Source: a virus. Taken from it: a stretch of DNA of 64,000 nt. How positions within the stretch are numbered: the stretch's first letter is position 1; the number at the start of each line of letters is the position of its first letter. Below, one piece after another: positions 9,469 to 19,611 of this stretch. The position numbers were made by a program, and so were the translations under genes. The notes below the pieces were generated by a model. It did not search any database. It was not told the origin of the DNA and saw only the letters and a program-made list of their open reading frames with translations. The stretch lies in the IMG/VR virus record IMGVR_UViG_3300048573_000442. One strand, given 5' to 3'.

Positions 9469-9668
9469 AAAGGGGGTTATTTTACTAGCGAACCGATAAA
9501 CGAAGGGATATTCTCCTACGCTGAGATTCCTAGGGAACACAATGTCACCGGAACAAAATAAATGTCGCGTTTTAAAAAATTCCACGGCAAATAAACTTAC
9601 ACGATGCGCTAAGGTTTGATCTCTATCAAGATCGTCTTGAAAAATTTTATTAAAGAATTTAATAACCG

Positions 9669-10235
9669 TTAGTTATCAAGACCGTACCATTTTACTACGC
9701 TGTATCTTGCTCCTTTTGTGACAGGCAGAACTTCATGTGGATAGCTTATATTTGAATGGAAAATTATAGTTGAACCAATCGCAGGTTTAATTTTTAACGG
9801 GTTCCTCATTTCATCTTTTTCGAAATGAAGCACTAATTCCCCGCCTTCATACTCAACATTTAAATAGGTAATGGTTGTTATAAATCTCCATGGCGCGGAT
9901 TTTATAAGTGTCCCACTTGCGTCTATAAACTCCGAATCCGTGTGTATCCTAAAATAAGAACTATTACTTTCATCGTATTTTAGAAATTGAATCGGTTCTA
10001 CATTTTTTAATGAGAATAAATTTTGTGTATGCCATTTAACACAAAAATCAATCCGTTCTTCTATGCTTTTGTAAACTTCGGGCGGCACGCATATGTTTTC
10101 TGAAGTCCTGAAAGCTTGTGAGTTTCCTAAATTGTAAACTGTTGATTTTGATTTATCAAATCCCTTAATAGCATTGATAATAGTTTCACATTGCGAAATA
10201 GTAAAAGTTTGAATATTTAGGTGACTTTTAATCAT
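9669..10235 (-). CDS. 2OG-Fe(II) dioxygenase, prolyl-4-hydroxylase-like
   Basis: HTD...YLNVEYEGGEL...HEVLPVTKGARYSVVKW (HxD...H...RxS). Confidence 0.9.
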   Translation of the reverse strand: MIKSHLNIQTFTISQCETIINAIKGFDKSKSTVYNLGNSQAFRTSENICVPPEVYKSIEERIDFCVKWHTQNLFSLKNVEPIQFLKYDESNSSYFRIHTDSEFIDASGTLIKSAPWRFITTITYLNVEYEGGELVLHFEKDEMRNPLKIKPAIGSTIIFHSNISYPHEVLPVTKGARYSVVKWYGLDN

Positions 10236-10236
10236 G

Positions 10237-10896
10237 CTAATTTAATGACCCTTGGTAGTTTATCGGGGCGAAATGGCAAAACATACCAAGTACCCATTCG
10301 AGACTTGTTGGCATTTGCGGTCTACCGTGTAACGTCCTGGTCCCCGAATAAACAAAAGCGTCCCCGGGATTTAAGTTTGCGTTAATTAAACCATTTTGCG
10401 TTTGTAAAATAAGGGGCCATTCTTTTACCTTCGAATTATCAGAAGAATCAATTATTATAGAAACGTTCCATGTACATGCAGGCCTTCCGTCAACGTGAAA
10501 TTGAAGACCCGAACCTTTTTTATAACATGCGGTAAACGTATATGAGGGCTTTGCATCTTCTGGCAGAATGGATTTTATAAACGGTGCTATGAGCTCGTGG
10601 ACAAATCTTGACAGCGGCGCATTGTGGGAAGCAGTTCTATTTGTTTCAACTGTTTCAACTGTTTCAAATACAATTTGCTGATTTCCGAAAAAAGATTGGC
10701 TAATTAAATCGCAACATCCCCGCGTCAAAAGGTTTGGAATAAGAACTCCCCCATTAAGAGCGAGGCCCTGTTTAAGCAAGCTGGTGTCATATAAAGTTCT
10801 TTCCTCTATTAGGTCAGAAGAAGGCAAATTGATTTTTAGGCCATGATGGTACGGCCAATGAACTTCTCGAGATTTCAAGCCATCAAATTTATTCAT
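10237..10896 (-). CDS. 2OG-Fe(II) dioxygenase
   Basis: FHVDGRPAC...LNPGDAFVYSG...LHGR. Confidence 0.8.
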   Translation of the reverse strand: MNKFDGLKSREVHWPYHHGLKINLPSSDLIEERTLYDTSLLKQGLALNGGVLIPNLLTRGCCDLISQSFFGNQQIVFETVETVETNRTASHNAPLSRFVHELIAPFIKSILPEDAKPSYTFTACYKKGSGLQFHVDGRPACTWNVSIIIDSSDNSKVKEWPLILQTQNGLINANLNPGDAFVYSGTRTLHGRPQMPTSLEWVLGMFCHFAPINYQGSLN

Positions 10897-11713
10897 ACAG
10901 GATTTTCTTATAGAAGCTTCTTATGGAGTTGTAATCATCTTTATCAACAAATGCTTTATCTAATGCTTTATGAAAAACAGCGTTTCCCCGTTTTGCACAC
11001 TCGGATTGTATCCTATATATATTATCGCTATTGTTAGGAAGCTGACTCCTTATGGTCTTCAAATAATTTATGGGGAGAAGATCAAAAATCAGATGCGTTC
11101 TATATTCTTTTCCGAAATTTATCGCTGAATGTGGATCCATGTTGTTAATTATATAATTACTATCAACATCGAGGTTATCAAATTCATGGATCTGGAAATT
11201 GATGTCAGTTTTAGTGTTTGAGCAATATTCGTTACTGATTATCGGTATGTGAATTTTTTCTGCCCATTTATGGGCCACGTAGCCATCGACATGTGGCCTT
11301 AGCACTTCTCCGGGACCCAAAACAGATAGGCATACAGAAGAACCCTTCCATTTTTCGCCTGTTGATGATTCAAACAAAACAATAAATTTGCTTATTATTG
11401 ATCTTATTGAAGCCAACAATTCTTCATCAAATTCGAAACCGGCATCACTATATGGAGCGTTTCTATCTAAATTTCCGACTATTTCTTCAATAGCCGGTAT
11501 GATTCTTATCGTACTAGTAAAAGCTTTTTCATTACAAATATCTTTAGAATTAGCAAAATCATAATTTAATAAGAATTTTTTAATACGCTCTTTTTCAGAA
11601 GAGATTTCTACTTCATCAAGTATTTTTATAAATGACGGCTGTTGAGTCAAAAAACTTTGGAAATCGTGATTATGCTTAAACTTATGCTGATGTAAAAATT
11701 TGCTAACTATCAT
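10889..11713 (-). CDS. Asp/Asn beta-hydroxylase-like 2OG-Fe(II) oxygenase
   Basis: PHVD...KIHIPI...HSAINFGKEYRTHLIFD. Confidence 0.85.
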   Translation of the reverse strand: MIVSKFLHQHKFKHNHDFQSFLTQQPSFIKILDEVEISSEKERIKKFLLNYDFANSKDICNEKAFTSTIRIIPAIEEIVGNLDRNAPYSDAGFEFDEELLASIRSIISKFIVLFESSTGEKWKGSSVCLSVLGPGEVLRPHVDGYVAHKWAEKIHIPIISNEYCSNTKTDINFQIHEFDNLDVDSNYIINNMDPHSAINFGKEYRTHLIFDLLPINYLKTIRSQLPNNSDNIYRIQSECAKRGNAVFHKALDKAFVDKDDYNSIRSFYKKILYE

Positions 11714-13307
11714 ATTTCACCTCGTATAGGAAGTCCCCAAAAACAAACCATTTTAAGTTATTTGTTTTGCAGAAGTTGAATAAATCAGAGAGGGTATTTA
11801 TAAAACCGCGCCCATTAAAGTTCAACGATGTATTACAAAGAACGCCGTACCCAGATAGTTCTTTAAAATCTTTTAATAAAAAATAAATTTTTTCATTTTG
11901 AGTTTTCGTGACGGTTTGAATCCTGGCGCTGTTATCTATATGAGTTACGCCAGGAAGCTTGTCAGTTTTTAATTTTTCAAAGAACAGCATATATGGCGAT
12001 TCGTATCCTGTTGGCACGTCAAAGTGCAAACTTGCATCTTCCTGTAAAACCATTGGGGCAACCGGACGGTAAGATTCTCTCTGTTTGATAGTGTTTAGTT
12101 TATTTTTAATGTCAGCATTTAATGGCGACGCAAGTATAGATCTATTTCCGAGAGCTCTCGGACCTATCTCCGCTCTACCTTGAACAACGGGGATTATTTC
12201 CCCATCAAATAAAAGCTTAGCTATTAATTTACTATTATAGTCGCGCTTTGTTATAGAATTTTCATCAATATTATCGTAAAATGGGGCTTCTCCAGCATAA
12301 ACATCCCATTTTATTTTAGCAGACCCTGTTATTCTATACTGCGCCTCAATAGCAGTGCCGATAGATGATCCGGAGTCGTCTGTGCATGGAGCCACAAAAA
12401 CATCAGAGAACAATTTAGTTTCTCTTAATGCTGTATTCCAATCGCAATTTAACCCGCAGCCCCCAGAAATAAGCAGCGGAATATTTTGTTTTACGTAGGG
12501 CCTGATTTCAGTGATAATATGTTCTATTATCATATCAGAAAACAGTTTTGCAAAATCGCAAAAAAGTTGATCAGTTACTTTTAGCGGTAGAATTCCAATA
12601 TGATTTAGCTCATTTAAAACGAATTGTACTTGCTCACTAGTTTTTCTTTTTATCACGAATTGGCGTATCATTAATTTAATAGAGTTTTTATATTTTTCTA
12701 TTAAAGATTTATCCAGTTTGGATAAATCTGCAAATGATATAAGGGCCATCAGTTTACCGGCCCCTCCATTGTCTATTATGGATGGCTTTTTAAACTTTAC
12801 GGTGTTGTAAAGAGCGGAGTAAAGAGTTCCAATTGCATTTATATTTACATCGCACTTGACAATGTTCAAATTTTCGGTTATATAGTAAAAATTGCTTATA
12901 GCTCCCTCATAAACCAGGCAATACGCCCTTTGCCCATTTTCGTAAGGGGACATTCCATATGCTTGCATAATATGGGATAGTTCATGAGTTGATTGAAACA
13001 GCTTTACGTTATTTCCAAACATTTCGACGTCAGTGATGCTGTAATTAGTATTTAAAATATCGGAATTATTTGATACTCTGTATCCAAGCCCCTCTGTTTT
13101 GGTGTCTTCATAATGCCATCCCGAAATACAAAATATATTAGGGAATTTTTTACAATGTTTTGCAGTTTCAACAAATGTAATTGGAGATAAGTTTGTGTAT
13201 CTCAAATTATTATTTTTTTCAGATTCAAACAGGCCTATTAATTTGTTACTGGTTTCATCTATTAATGCGTAACTACCATTATGAGAATTTTTTCCGCTAA
13301 ATATCAT
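11703..13307 (-). CDS. O-carbamoyltransferase (NodU/CmcH/TobZ family)
   Basis: HELSH, GKLMAL, SGGCGLNCDWN, PCTDDSGSSIG, GRAEIGPRALGNRSILA, RESYRPVAP, LCNTSLN. Confidence 0.93.
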   Translation of the reverse strand: MIFSGKNSHNGSYALIDETSNKLIGLFESEKNNNLRYTNLSPITFVETAKHCKKFPNIFCISGWHYEDTKTEGLGYRVSNNSDILNTNYSITDVEMFGNNVKLFQSTHELSHIMQAYGMSPYENGQRAYCLVYEGAISNFYYITENLNIVKCDVNINAIGTLYSALYNTVKFKKPSIIDNGGAGKLMALISFADLSKLDKSLIEKYKNSIKLMIRQFVIKRKTSEQVQFVLNELNHIGILPLKVTDQLFCDFAKLFSDMIIEHIITEIRPYVKQNIPLLISGGCGLNCDWNTALRETKLFSDVFVAPCTDDSGSSIGTAIEAQYRITGSAKIKWDVYAGEAPFYDNIDENSITKRDYNSKLIAKLLFDGEIIPVVQGRAEIGPRALGNRSILASPLNADIKNKLNTIKQRESYRPVAPMVLQEDASLHFDVPTGYESPYMLFFEKLKTDKLPGVTHIDNSARIQTVTKTQNEKIYFLLKDFKELSGYGVLCNTSLNFNGRGFINTLSDLFNFCKTNNLKWFVFGDFLYEVKYDS

Positions 13308-13810
13308 TTAGCCCCCTTGTTATTTTTTATAATCAGTTTCCATGGAGAGATATCTGTTTCATCATGGACGATTACTATGCTTTTTACAGATTTTTTTATA
13401 TTTATCGTGTGCAATAAGGCAGTTTGTTCTTTGGTAAGATTTATAGTTCCACCTTCAGAAATAATGTATTTTTGTTGCCCTATCGTTAATTCCCCCTCAC
13501 CAGATAAAAAGAACAATGTTCTGTTGCAAATCCCATCTAATAAATTGTTTGGGTAAAATGTGGAATTATGAAGTTCTGGATTTGTCGCACTAACGACAAA
13601 GGATTCTTTTATTTTATGATTTTCTGGAATTAGCGATTTGCAAAATTTTTCATACTCTAGAGCTAAACTGTTCGAGTTTGGATCCAAAAAATGAAATAGG
13701 ACTAATGCATGGGCACAATAATTTTTATCGCTCAAAAAGTATCTAGGGACGTGAGGAATATCATCCCTAAAGTATACGGCGCCCAAAATGTTCAGGAAAT
13801 TATCAGCCAT
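13304..13810 (-). CDS. Cupin / oxygenase-like protein
   Basis: LFFLSGEGELTIG...ISEGGTINL double-stranded beta-helix pattern. Confidence 0.45.
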   Translation of the reverse strand: MADNFLNILGAVYFRDDIPHVPRYFLSDKNYCAHALVLFHFLDPNSNSLALEYEKFCKSLIPENHKIKESFVVSATNPELHNSTFYPNNLLDGICNRTLFFLSGEGELTIGQQKYIISEGGTINLTKEQTALLHTINIKKSVKSIVIVHDETDISPWKLIIKNNKGAK

Positions 13811-15356
13811 GCGAAACCAAAGATTTAAAATATGTATTGTACTTAGCGTTCATATGATAAGACAGAAGATGGTAATTTAAAAAGTTTTTGTTAGCTATGA
13901 TTTTTTTATTAGAATACCCTAAAGTATTTAGGTACGGGATGCTGAAAGCAATATCAAATGATCTGCCTATGCTTTTCATGTATGAATTTACTTCTTTATG
14001 AAGATCATTACATCCTTTTTGAGAGGTGCCGTATAATTCGTTTTTCCAATTACCGTCTGGCAGAATTTCATACCCGTATTTTATCGAATTTATTTCAAAT
14101 TCAGATTTGTTGATCGCTTCTCCCCCACTACGTAAACCCAATTCATTAAAGGATACGGTGTGGAGAGGAAAATTAAAATCAACCACTCTTTGTACCCAAG
14201 CCTCCATTGTTTCGTATGTGTCGTACGGAAGCCCTAAAATAAAGCCGCTCATTGTATAAACACTATCCCCCCAGGACTCTCTGCATTTATAAAGTGTTTC
14301 AATATGTTTTTCGATATTTCCGCCTTTTCCTATACAAGCCGCCGCTTTTTGGTTTAATGTTTCCATTCCAAATATTATTGACACGCAGCCCAAGTCTTTT
14401 ATAAGTTGTATTTGTTCGTTATGAGCCCCTATTAAATCTAACCTGGCGTAAGAAGCAAAATTAAAGTCAAATGGCAGTTTTCCAACAACTTTTAAAAGCG
14501 TTTCCAATTTTTTGGTTGAATCATTAAAAGTGTCATCAGAAATTACATATTTCGTTATTCCCCATTTTTCATAATTTTCCATGAGCTCTGAATATAAAAC
14601 ATCAGGTTTTTTTAAATAGTCGTTTTTAGATTTTCCATTTAACGGGAACGCACAAAATTTGCATTTAAAAATACATCCCCTGCTCACTTCAATAGGAAGC
14701 ACTTCCCCTGGTTGAATACAGTCACTCGTTTCATATTTAATAATAGATGAGCAAAAATCAAAACCGTCGGCTTTAGGGTTGTTGTTCACTATTCTTTGAC
14801 CATTTTCTAATTTCGGCATCCAAAAAGGATTTTTTTTGTCTTTATATTTTAGGTAATCAGCTACCTGAGTTTCTGAATACCCTAAAAATTTATAATCAGA
14901 TATATGGCCATCTGATTTATCTGCCTGCGCCCCGCCGATAATAAAGTCGCAATCCGTTTTTTTAGTTTTTACATATCGTTTAAGATCAATCAGCTGATTC
15001 CATGGTAAATAGAAAGGGTTGTCTGATATCACATGAGAAGACTTTAAATTTCTAGTATTATTTTTCTCGGCACGATTAAAATAAATCTTATAGGAATTAG
15101 AAAAAAACGTGGATGAAAAACCGACAAACATAGTGTTTTCATTCATGAACTTATCCAATAATAACTTAACAGGATCCGTATTTTCTAATGTTAATATGTT
15201 CCAACCTTCTATTACCTGAACCTCGATTCCAAGTTTTCTAAATTCGGAAGCTATTCTGTAGGCTCCAGCTGTTCTGTGCCTAATTACGCCAGATAGTTCT
15301 ATGCAATCGTTAAAAATGATGCCATTTTTGGGGGCCATTTCATTTTGTTGGTTCAT
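13803..15356 (-). CDS. B12-binding radical SAM enzyme
   Basis: EVSRGCIFKCKFC (CxxxCxxC), ISDDTFN, FGMETLN, GFILGLPYDT; N-terminal cobalamin-domain-like region (GAYRIAS...VGFS...IIGG). Confidence 0.88.
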   Translation of the reverse strand: MNQQNEMAPKNGIIFNDCIELSGVIRHRTAGAYRIASEFRKLGIEVQVIEGWNILTLENTDPVKLLLDKFMNENTMFVGFSSTFFSNSYKIYFNRAEKNNTRNLKSSHVISDNPFYLPWNQLIDLKRYVKTKKTDCDFIIGGAQADKSDGHISDYKFLGYSETQVADYLKYKDKKNPFWMPKLENGQRIVNNNPKADGFDFCSSIIKYETSDCIQPGEVLPIEVSRGCIFKCKFCAFPLNGKSKNDYLKKPDVLYSELMENYEKWGITKYVISDDTFNDSTKKLETLLKVVGKLPFDFNFASYARLDLIGAHNEQIQLIKDLGCVSIIFGMETLNQKAAACIGKGGNIEKHIETLYKCRESWGDSVYTMSGFILGLPYDTYETMEAWVQRVVDFNFPLHTVSFNELGLRSGGEAINKSEFEINSIKYGYEILPDGNWKNELYGTSQKGCNDLHKEVNSYMKSIGRSFDIAFSIPYLNTLGYSNKKIIANKNFLNYHLLSYHMNAKYNTYFKSLVSHG

Positions 15357-15930
15357 AGATATCCACTATCAAAGAATACCTAGAAAGCTCCGAATGGTTT
15401 TTTACTTCATGAATTCTTAAGTTATCAAAACACCAGACTTCCCCCTTTTTAATAGAAAAATCAGCACCACCAACAGTAAAAATGGCCCGTTCGGTGTTTT
15501 GTAGACCTATCTGTAATCTATGATGGTGGGAATAGTATTCCCCCCGGTCTAAATGGGGAAGAACCTTTGCAAAAGGTTTCATTATTGACAGATAAATTTG
15601 CCCAATATGCTGAGATTTATAAAATCCTTTACAAATTTCAATAATATTGTTTAGTTCTGGGTGAAGATTATAATACTTTTTATCTAGATAAAAAGTATTA
15701 TTCGTTATTTTGCTAAAATTGATCGCTGGATTTTTACCTTCATCCCATACCGAAGACCTCGATAAATTAATAAATGTCCTACCTTCTTTAAGAGCAACAT
15801 CATTAGCTACTCTCCAGTCAGAGTTATTAATTAAATTTATTTTTTCATATAATTGATCTATTAGTCTTTCATCCAGTGTATGGATTAAGTAAAACGGCGT
15901 TTTTTCTTTCATATTTCGCTCACATCGCAA
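15340..15930 (-). CDS. Asp/Asn beta-hydroxylase-like oxygenase
   Basis: PHLDRGEYY..HHRLQI...FDNLRIHEVKN...RYSLIVD. Confidence 0.88.
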   Translation of the reverse strand: MRCERNMKEKTPFYLIHTLDERLIDQLYEKINLINNSDWRVANDVALKEGRTFINLSRSSVWDEGKNPAINFSKITNNTFYLDKKYYNLHPELNNIIEICKGFYKSQHIGQIYLSIMKPFAKVLPHLDRGEYYSHHHRLQIGLQNTERAIFTVGGADFSIKKGEVWCFDNLRIHEVKNHSELSRYSLIVDIYEPTK

Positions 15931-16472
15931 ACTATTGAATACCTAATCGTGCTATCTTTATTTTGAACGCTGTGCGTTTTTTGATTATCAAAACACCAGC
16001 ATTCTCCCGTTTTCATATTTACAATTTCTCCGCCAACACAAAAATCAGCATTTGAATCTGATCCATTTAGCGCTATTTGAATTCGATGATGAGCTAAATA
16101 ATATGGTCCCCGGTCTATGTGCGGGTGAACTATTGAACCCAATTCCATCTTTGAAAGATAAACTTGTCCAAAGTGTTTAGCGCCATACAGATCCTTTATT
16201 TTAAAAATGATTTGTTCGACATTTGGGAGCCTAGTCAATATTTTGCAAAATTGAAATGTTCCAACTGAATCACTTGACGCGCCGCTTTTATAAGGAGTGG
16301 ACACCCATAGTGGAGAATCCGTAATGCTGATGTATTTTCTCCTATCGTTTAATATAGAAAGTTTAGATATTTTCCAATCAGATTCTGTTAACGCTTTGAC
16401 TTCTGATAAAGCAGCGTCAACTAAATCATTGTCTAATTGCGCAACCAGTTTTAAGGGCTTTAATTCTATCAT
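15909..16472 (-). CDS. Asp/Asn beta-hydroxylase-like oxygenase (paralogue of 15340-15930)
   Basis: PHIDRGPYY..HHRIQI...FDNQKTHSVQN...RYSIVCD. Confidence 0.88.
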   Translation of the reverse strand: MIELKPLKLVAQLDNDLVDAALSEVKALTESDWKISKLSILNDRRKYISITDSPLWVSTPYKSGASSDSVGTFQFCKILTRLPNVEQIIFKIKDLYGAKHFGQVYLSKMELGSIVHPHIDRGPYYLAHHRIQIALNGSDSNADFCVGGEIVNMKTGECWCFDNQKTHSVQNKDSTIRYSIVCDVSEI

Positions 16473-17065
16473 AGTGATAATTCTTCTTTTAAGGTGTATG
16501 ATTTATTGGCCAAAGCCCGGTCATTTACTAGCATTTCATGACTTGACGGAGTTGTAAAATCTATAATCATATGTATTCTTACGGAATTATGAGTATTTTT
16601 TGCAGTGTGGATTTTACGATTGTTAATAATCCACACTTCATTTTGTTTCATTTCGCATTCAACTGCGGTGCCATCTTCATTAATATTTGCGTAATAGCTC
16701 CCCTCGCTTTTAAGCACAACATGAGTGCGTCTGCAAAGAGAATGAAAATAAATCCTATCGCTGTGGGGATACACTGCAGAGTTGGGTTTTACAAAACTTA
16801 ACTCTATTCTATATGGAACCAATCCTTTTAAATCATCATATTTTTGCAATTCTTTTAAAATAGGCGCGCACCGTAAAAGCGCAATATTATCATACGGTTT
16901 TCCGTTGGCTACAGGAAGTATTAATCTACAATCGTCTCTATTAAAAACTGTTTCCGTTCTTTTCATCGCGTTATCAACACCTACTGTTTGACAATACGAA
17001 GAAAGATCGTTTATAAGTTCTTCTTCTAATACGCCCAAACGCTTATTGTAAAATGTTTCGTTCAT
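16469..17065 (-). CDS. Asp/Asn beta-hydroxylase-like oxygenase
   Basis: PHSD...RRTHVVL...NNRKIHTAKN...RIHMIID. Confidence 0.85.
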   Translation of the reverse strand: MNETFYNKRLGVLEEELINDLSSYCQTVGVDNAMKRTETVFNRDDCRLILPVANGKPYDNIALLRCAPILKELQKYDDLKGLVPYRIELSFVKPNSAVYPHSDRIYFHSLCRRTHVVLKSEGSYYANINEDGTAVECEMKQNEVWIINNRKIHTAKNTHNSVRIHMIIDFTTPSSHEMLVNDRALANKSYTLKEELSL

Positions 17066-17832
17066 GATAAAAGATTTCTAAATTCATTTGTAAATTTTCC
17101 ATCAATTCTTAAGCTCCAAGTCATTGATGGAAAAGCATCGGCTCCGTGAATATCAAAACTGTTAAACCACGAAGATTGCCCCCTTATATAATGCTTTGTA
17201 TTTGTAGCTTCGTCTAACACATAAAATGGTTTACTATTTTGCTTGGGCCTAATCCATATAAATTCATGCTGATGTGGTTTATCAGCTATATAATCTCTTG
17301 TTCCATTGGCATGATGTAAATCACTGTGTTCAGTTACAACGCAATAATGCTCATTAACAAAAAATAATACTCTTCCTATTTCAGAAAAAGGTAATTTATA
17401 AATCCAGTTTATAAGGTTTGGAAAATATTTCTTATTTTCGTCCCAGTCGGTGTGAAGTTCTTTATCCAATAATTTGTAATCATTGGTCCTGATGTTTCTT
17501 ATGTAGACGCTGTAGCCAGCGTTATACAAATTATATTTTAACTTTAGGTATAACCTTTTTTGATTAAGAGTCATTCCGTTTGTTGCGGCCATAATTGAAT
17601 CGTAATCTTTATGCTTTGGGAGCCCCCCTCTATTATAATAGCTTCCACCCTCTAGATTGTAAAGATCTTCTTCCCTCTTCTCGAAAACGCCAGGGCCCCA
17701 GCTACCAGCAACCGTGCTGCTTCTAGAAAGGCCAGTTATAATTTCTTCGGTAAGGTTGTTAAATTCTTCCACATTGATAAAAGAATCTAATTCTATCATT
17801 GGCTTATTAAAAATGCCTTTCATTTTATCCAC
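17062..17832 (-). CDS. 2OG-Fe(II) oxygenase-like protein
   Basis: EHSD...HEFIW...FNSFDIHGAD...SLRIDG. Confidence 0.65.
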   Translation of the reverse strand: MDKMKGIFNKPMIELDSFINVEEFNNLTEEIITGLSRSSTVAGSWGPGVFEKREEDLYNLEGGSYYNRGGLPKHKDYDSIMAATNGMTLNQKRLYLKLKYNLYNAGYSVYIRNIRTNDYKLLDKELHTDWDENKKYFPNLINWIYKLPFSEIGRVLFFVNEHYCVVTEHSDLHHANGTRDYIADKPHQHEFIWIRPKQNSKPFYVLDEATNTKHYIRGQSSWFNSFDIHGADAFPSMTWSLRIDGKFTNEFRNLLS

Positions 17833-18848
17833 TCCAAATCTATAAAATCGCCATCTACCAACATATCGAACGGGTGTTTTTTCATAAAAAACTCGTTCGA
17901 TTCATATCTGTTAGTTTCCCTATTCAGTTTAAACCACGGGTTTAAACCTATAACTAAAGCTATTCTTATATCCTCTTCTTTATATTTTTTGGAATCGTCC
18001 CATGCGGCCCTATGCAGCTTTGTGGTATCCCAAGAATGCCCTAAAAATTGTTCGAAGTAGAAATTGCCCAGCAATTTATCTTCTAGATAAAAATTGCTAT
18101 TTGTCAATAATGGGATATTGATTCTAAAATTAGTAAAATACGATTCATCGGAGTGCCACAAATATTCTTTGTCGTATTTAGAAGAAGAAAATCCAGGCCT
18201 TAACAGTGCGCATCTGCTTCTTACTATATCACATTTAAATTTAGATAAAAAATCGCCCCAATATCCCGTTGAAACGTTTGGGGTCAATTTGTTAAATCCC
18301 CATGTGTCAAAATAACTATTCTTGACAGTTAAGTCGACGCTGCGGTAAGACGTGTCTGGTGGCAGTTCTATATTAAATCCTTTAGTTCGCGCGTATTTTA
18401 CGCCTTCGAGTATACCTTTTGAAGCGATTAAATTATAAAAATAAGTTGTTTGTTTATATTCTTCCAAATATATAAACAATTTTATCCCTTCCGGAGTATT
18501 AAAAATCGGTTTAAGATTTATTTTTTCCATTCCGAGGGAGCTAACATTTGCGTCTACGTTCATGTCCGGATTATATGTTACGCTAAACCCGCCGTAGGTT
18601 TTGCTTCTATTTTTTGACTGAGAAACGCTAGACGTAAAACCCTGAAACTCATTTTTTTCCAATATCTCATTGGTATGGGATAATACTTTTGAAAAATCTA
18701 CATCCTTAACCTTGTATTGAAAATATCTATCAGGTTTATGAATAGGCTCAAATTTAAAGTTTTTGTCAATTCCGCACTTTTGTTCCATGTAAGTGTGCAA
18801 ATTCAAATTTGCTGGAACTTCATCTTTAGCAAATGAAAATGATTTCAT
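17820..18848 (-). CDS. 2OG-Fe(II) oxygenase-like protein
   Basis: WHSDES...RINIPL...WDTTKLHRA...RIALVIG. Confidence 0.65.
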   Translation of the reverse strand: MKSFSFAKDEVPANLNLHTYMEQKCGIDKNFKFEPIHKPDRYFQYKVKDVDFSKVLSHTNEILEKNEFQGFTSSVSQSKNRSKTYGGFSVTYNPDMNVDANVSSLGMEKINLKPIFNTPEGIKLFIYLEEYKQTTYFYNLIASKGILEGVKYARTKGFNIELPPDTSYRSVDLTVKNSYFDTWGFNKLTPNVSTGYWGDFLSKFKCDIVRSRCALLRPGFSSSKYDKEYLWHSDESYFTNFRINIPLLTNSNFYLEDKLLGNFYFEQFLGHSWDTTKLHRAAWDDSKKYKEEDIRIALVIGLNPWFKLNRETNRYESNEFFMKKHPFDMLVDGDFIDLEWIK

Positions 18849-18849
18849 A

Positions 18850-19611
18850 TTATTTCTTTCTTAATAGGCAAATTACTAAATAAGACAAATCTATTTCATA
18901 CCATTTTTTTGCAAAATTTGGATTGCCTGGGTCCTTATGATGGTTATTATGTAAAGATAGGCCAGCAGTAAAAAACGATAATGTCCAGATATTTCTAGAG
19001 TTATCTTTTGTTTCAAAGGATCTATACCCAAAATGCTTTAAATGACAGACCGTATTAACCAAATAATTTAAATGTGATGAAAAAATAACTGCTAGAATAT
19101 AAGAACCGAAAAAACGTGTTGAGAAAACAGAATCAAGCCCAATTAATAATATTGAAAACCCGTACAAAATTACATATTGATTATTATGCAATTTCATTAG
19201 AAATTTGTCTCTTAGTAAATCTGGGGCTTTTCTATATGCAGAGGTTAAATTTTCTTTCAAGAGCCATAAAAAATAACTATGCAAAACCCCTTTTGTCGGT
19301 GTATGTGGATCCTTTTCTTGGTCTGCATAGGGGTGGTGAACCCCCCTATGAACAGCTGCCCAAAAGAAAGCTGTTCCCTGCCCCCCAAGGCTTCCGATAA
19401 GTATAAGCGCATTTTTAATCCATTCAGGCGTAGAAAAAGCTTTATGGGCAAGAAGGCGATGTATGCCTATTTCTATCGAAAATTGAATTAAGAATAGGAA
19501 TATTAAAGTGGCTACAGTGTTAAAGCTTCCCATGAACGCAACAAATATAAAAATAATGTTAGTAGGAAGAACCCATTTCCAAAAATGGTTCAAATTGAAA
19601 ATAGCTTTCAT
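18850..19611 (-). CDS. Membrane fatty-acid (acyl-CoA delta-9 type) desaturase
   Basis: Three His boxes HRLLAH, HRGVHH, HNNHH; hydrophobic segments; WYEID. Confidence 0.9.
   Translation of the reverse strand: MKAIFNLNHFWKWVLPTNIIFIFVAFMGSFNTVATLIFLFLIQFSIEIGIHRLLAHKAFSTPEWIKNALILIGSLGGQGTAFFWAAVHRGVHHPYADQEKDPHTPTKGVLHSYFLWLLKENLTSAYRKAPDLLRDKFLMKLHNNQYVILYGFSILLIGLDSVFSTRFFGSYILAVIFSSHLNYLVNTVCHLKHFGYRSFETKDNSRNIWTLSFFTAGLSLHNNHHKDPGNPNFAKKWYEIDLSYLVICLLRKK

Noticed and set aside
9482-9668. 64-codon open frame downstream of the last oxygenase (…VFPRNLSVGEYPFVYRFASK*) as a precursor peptide
   Set aside because: No ATG or RBS at its 5' end (only an internal GTG without an SD); the local palindromes such as TTATTAAA/TTTAATAA are expected in AT-rich DNA.
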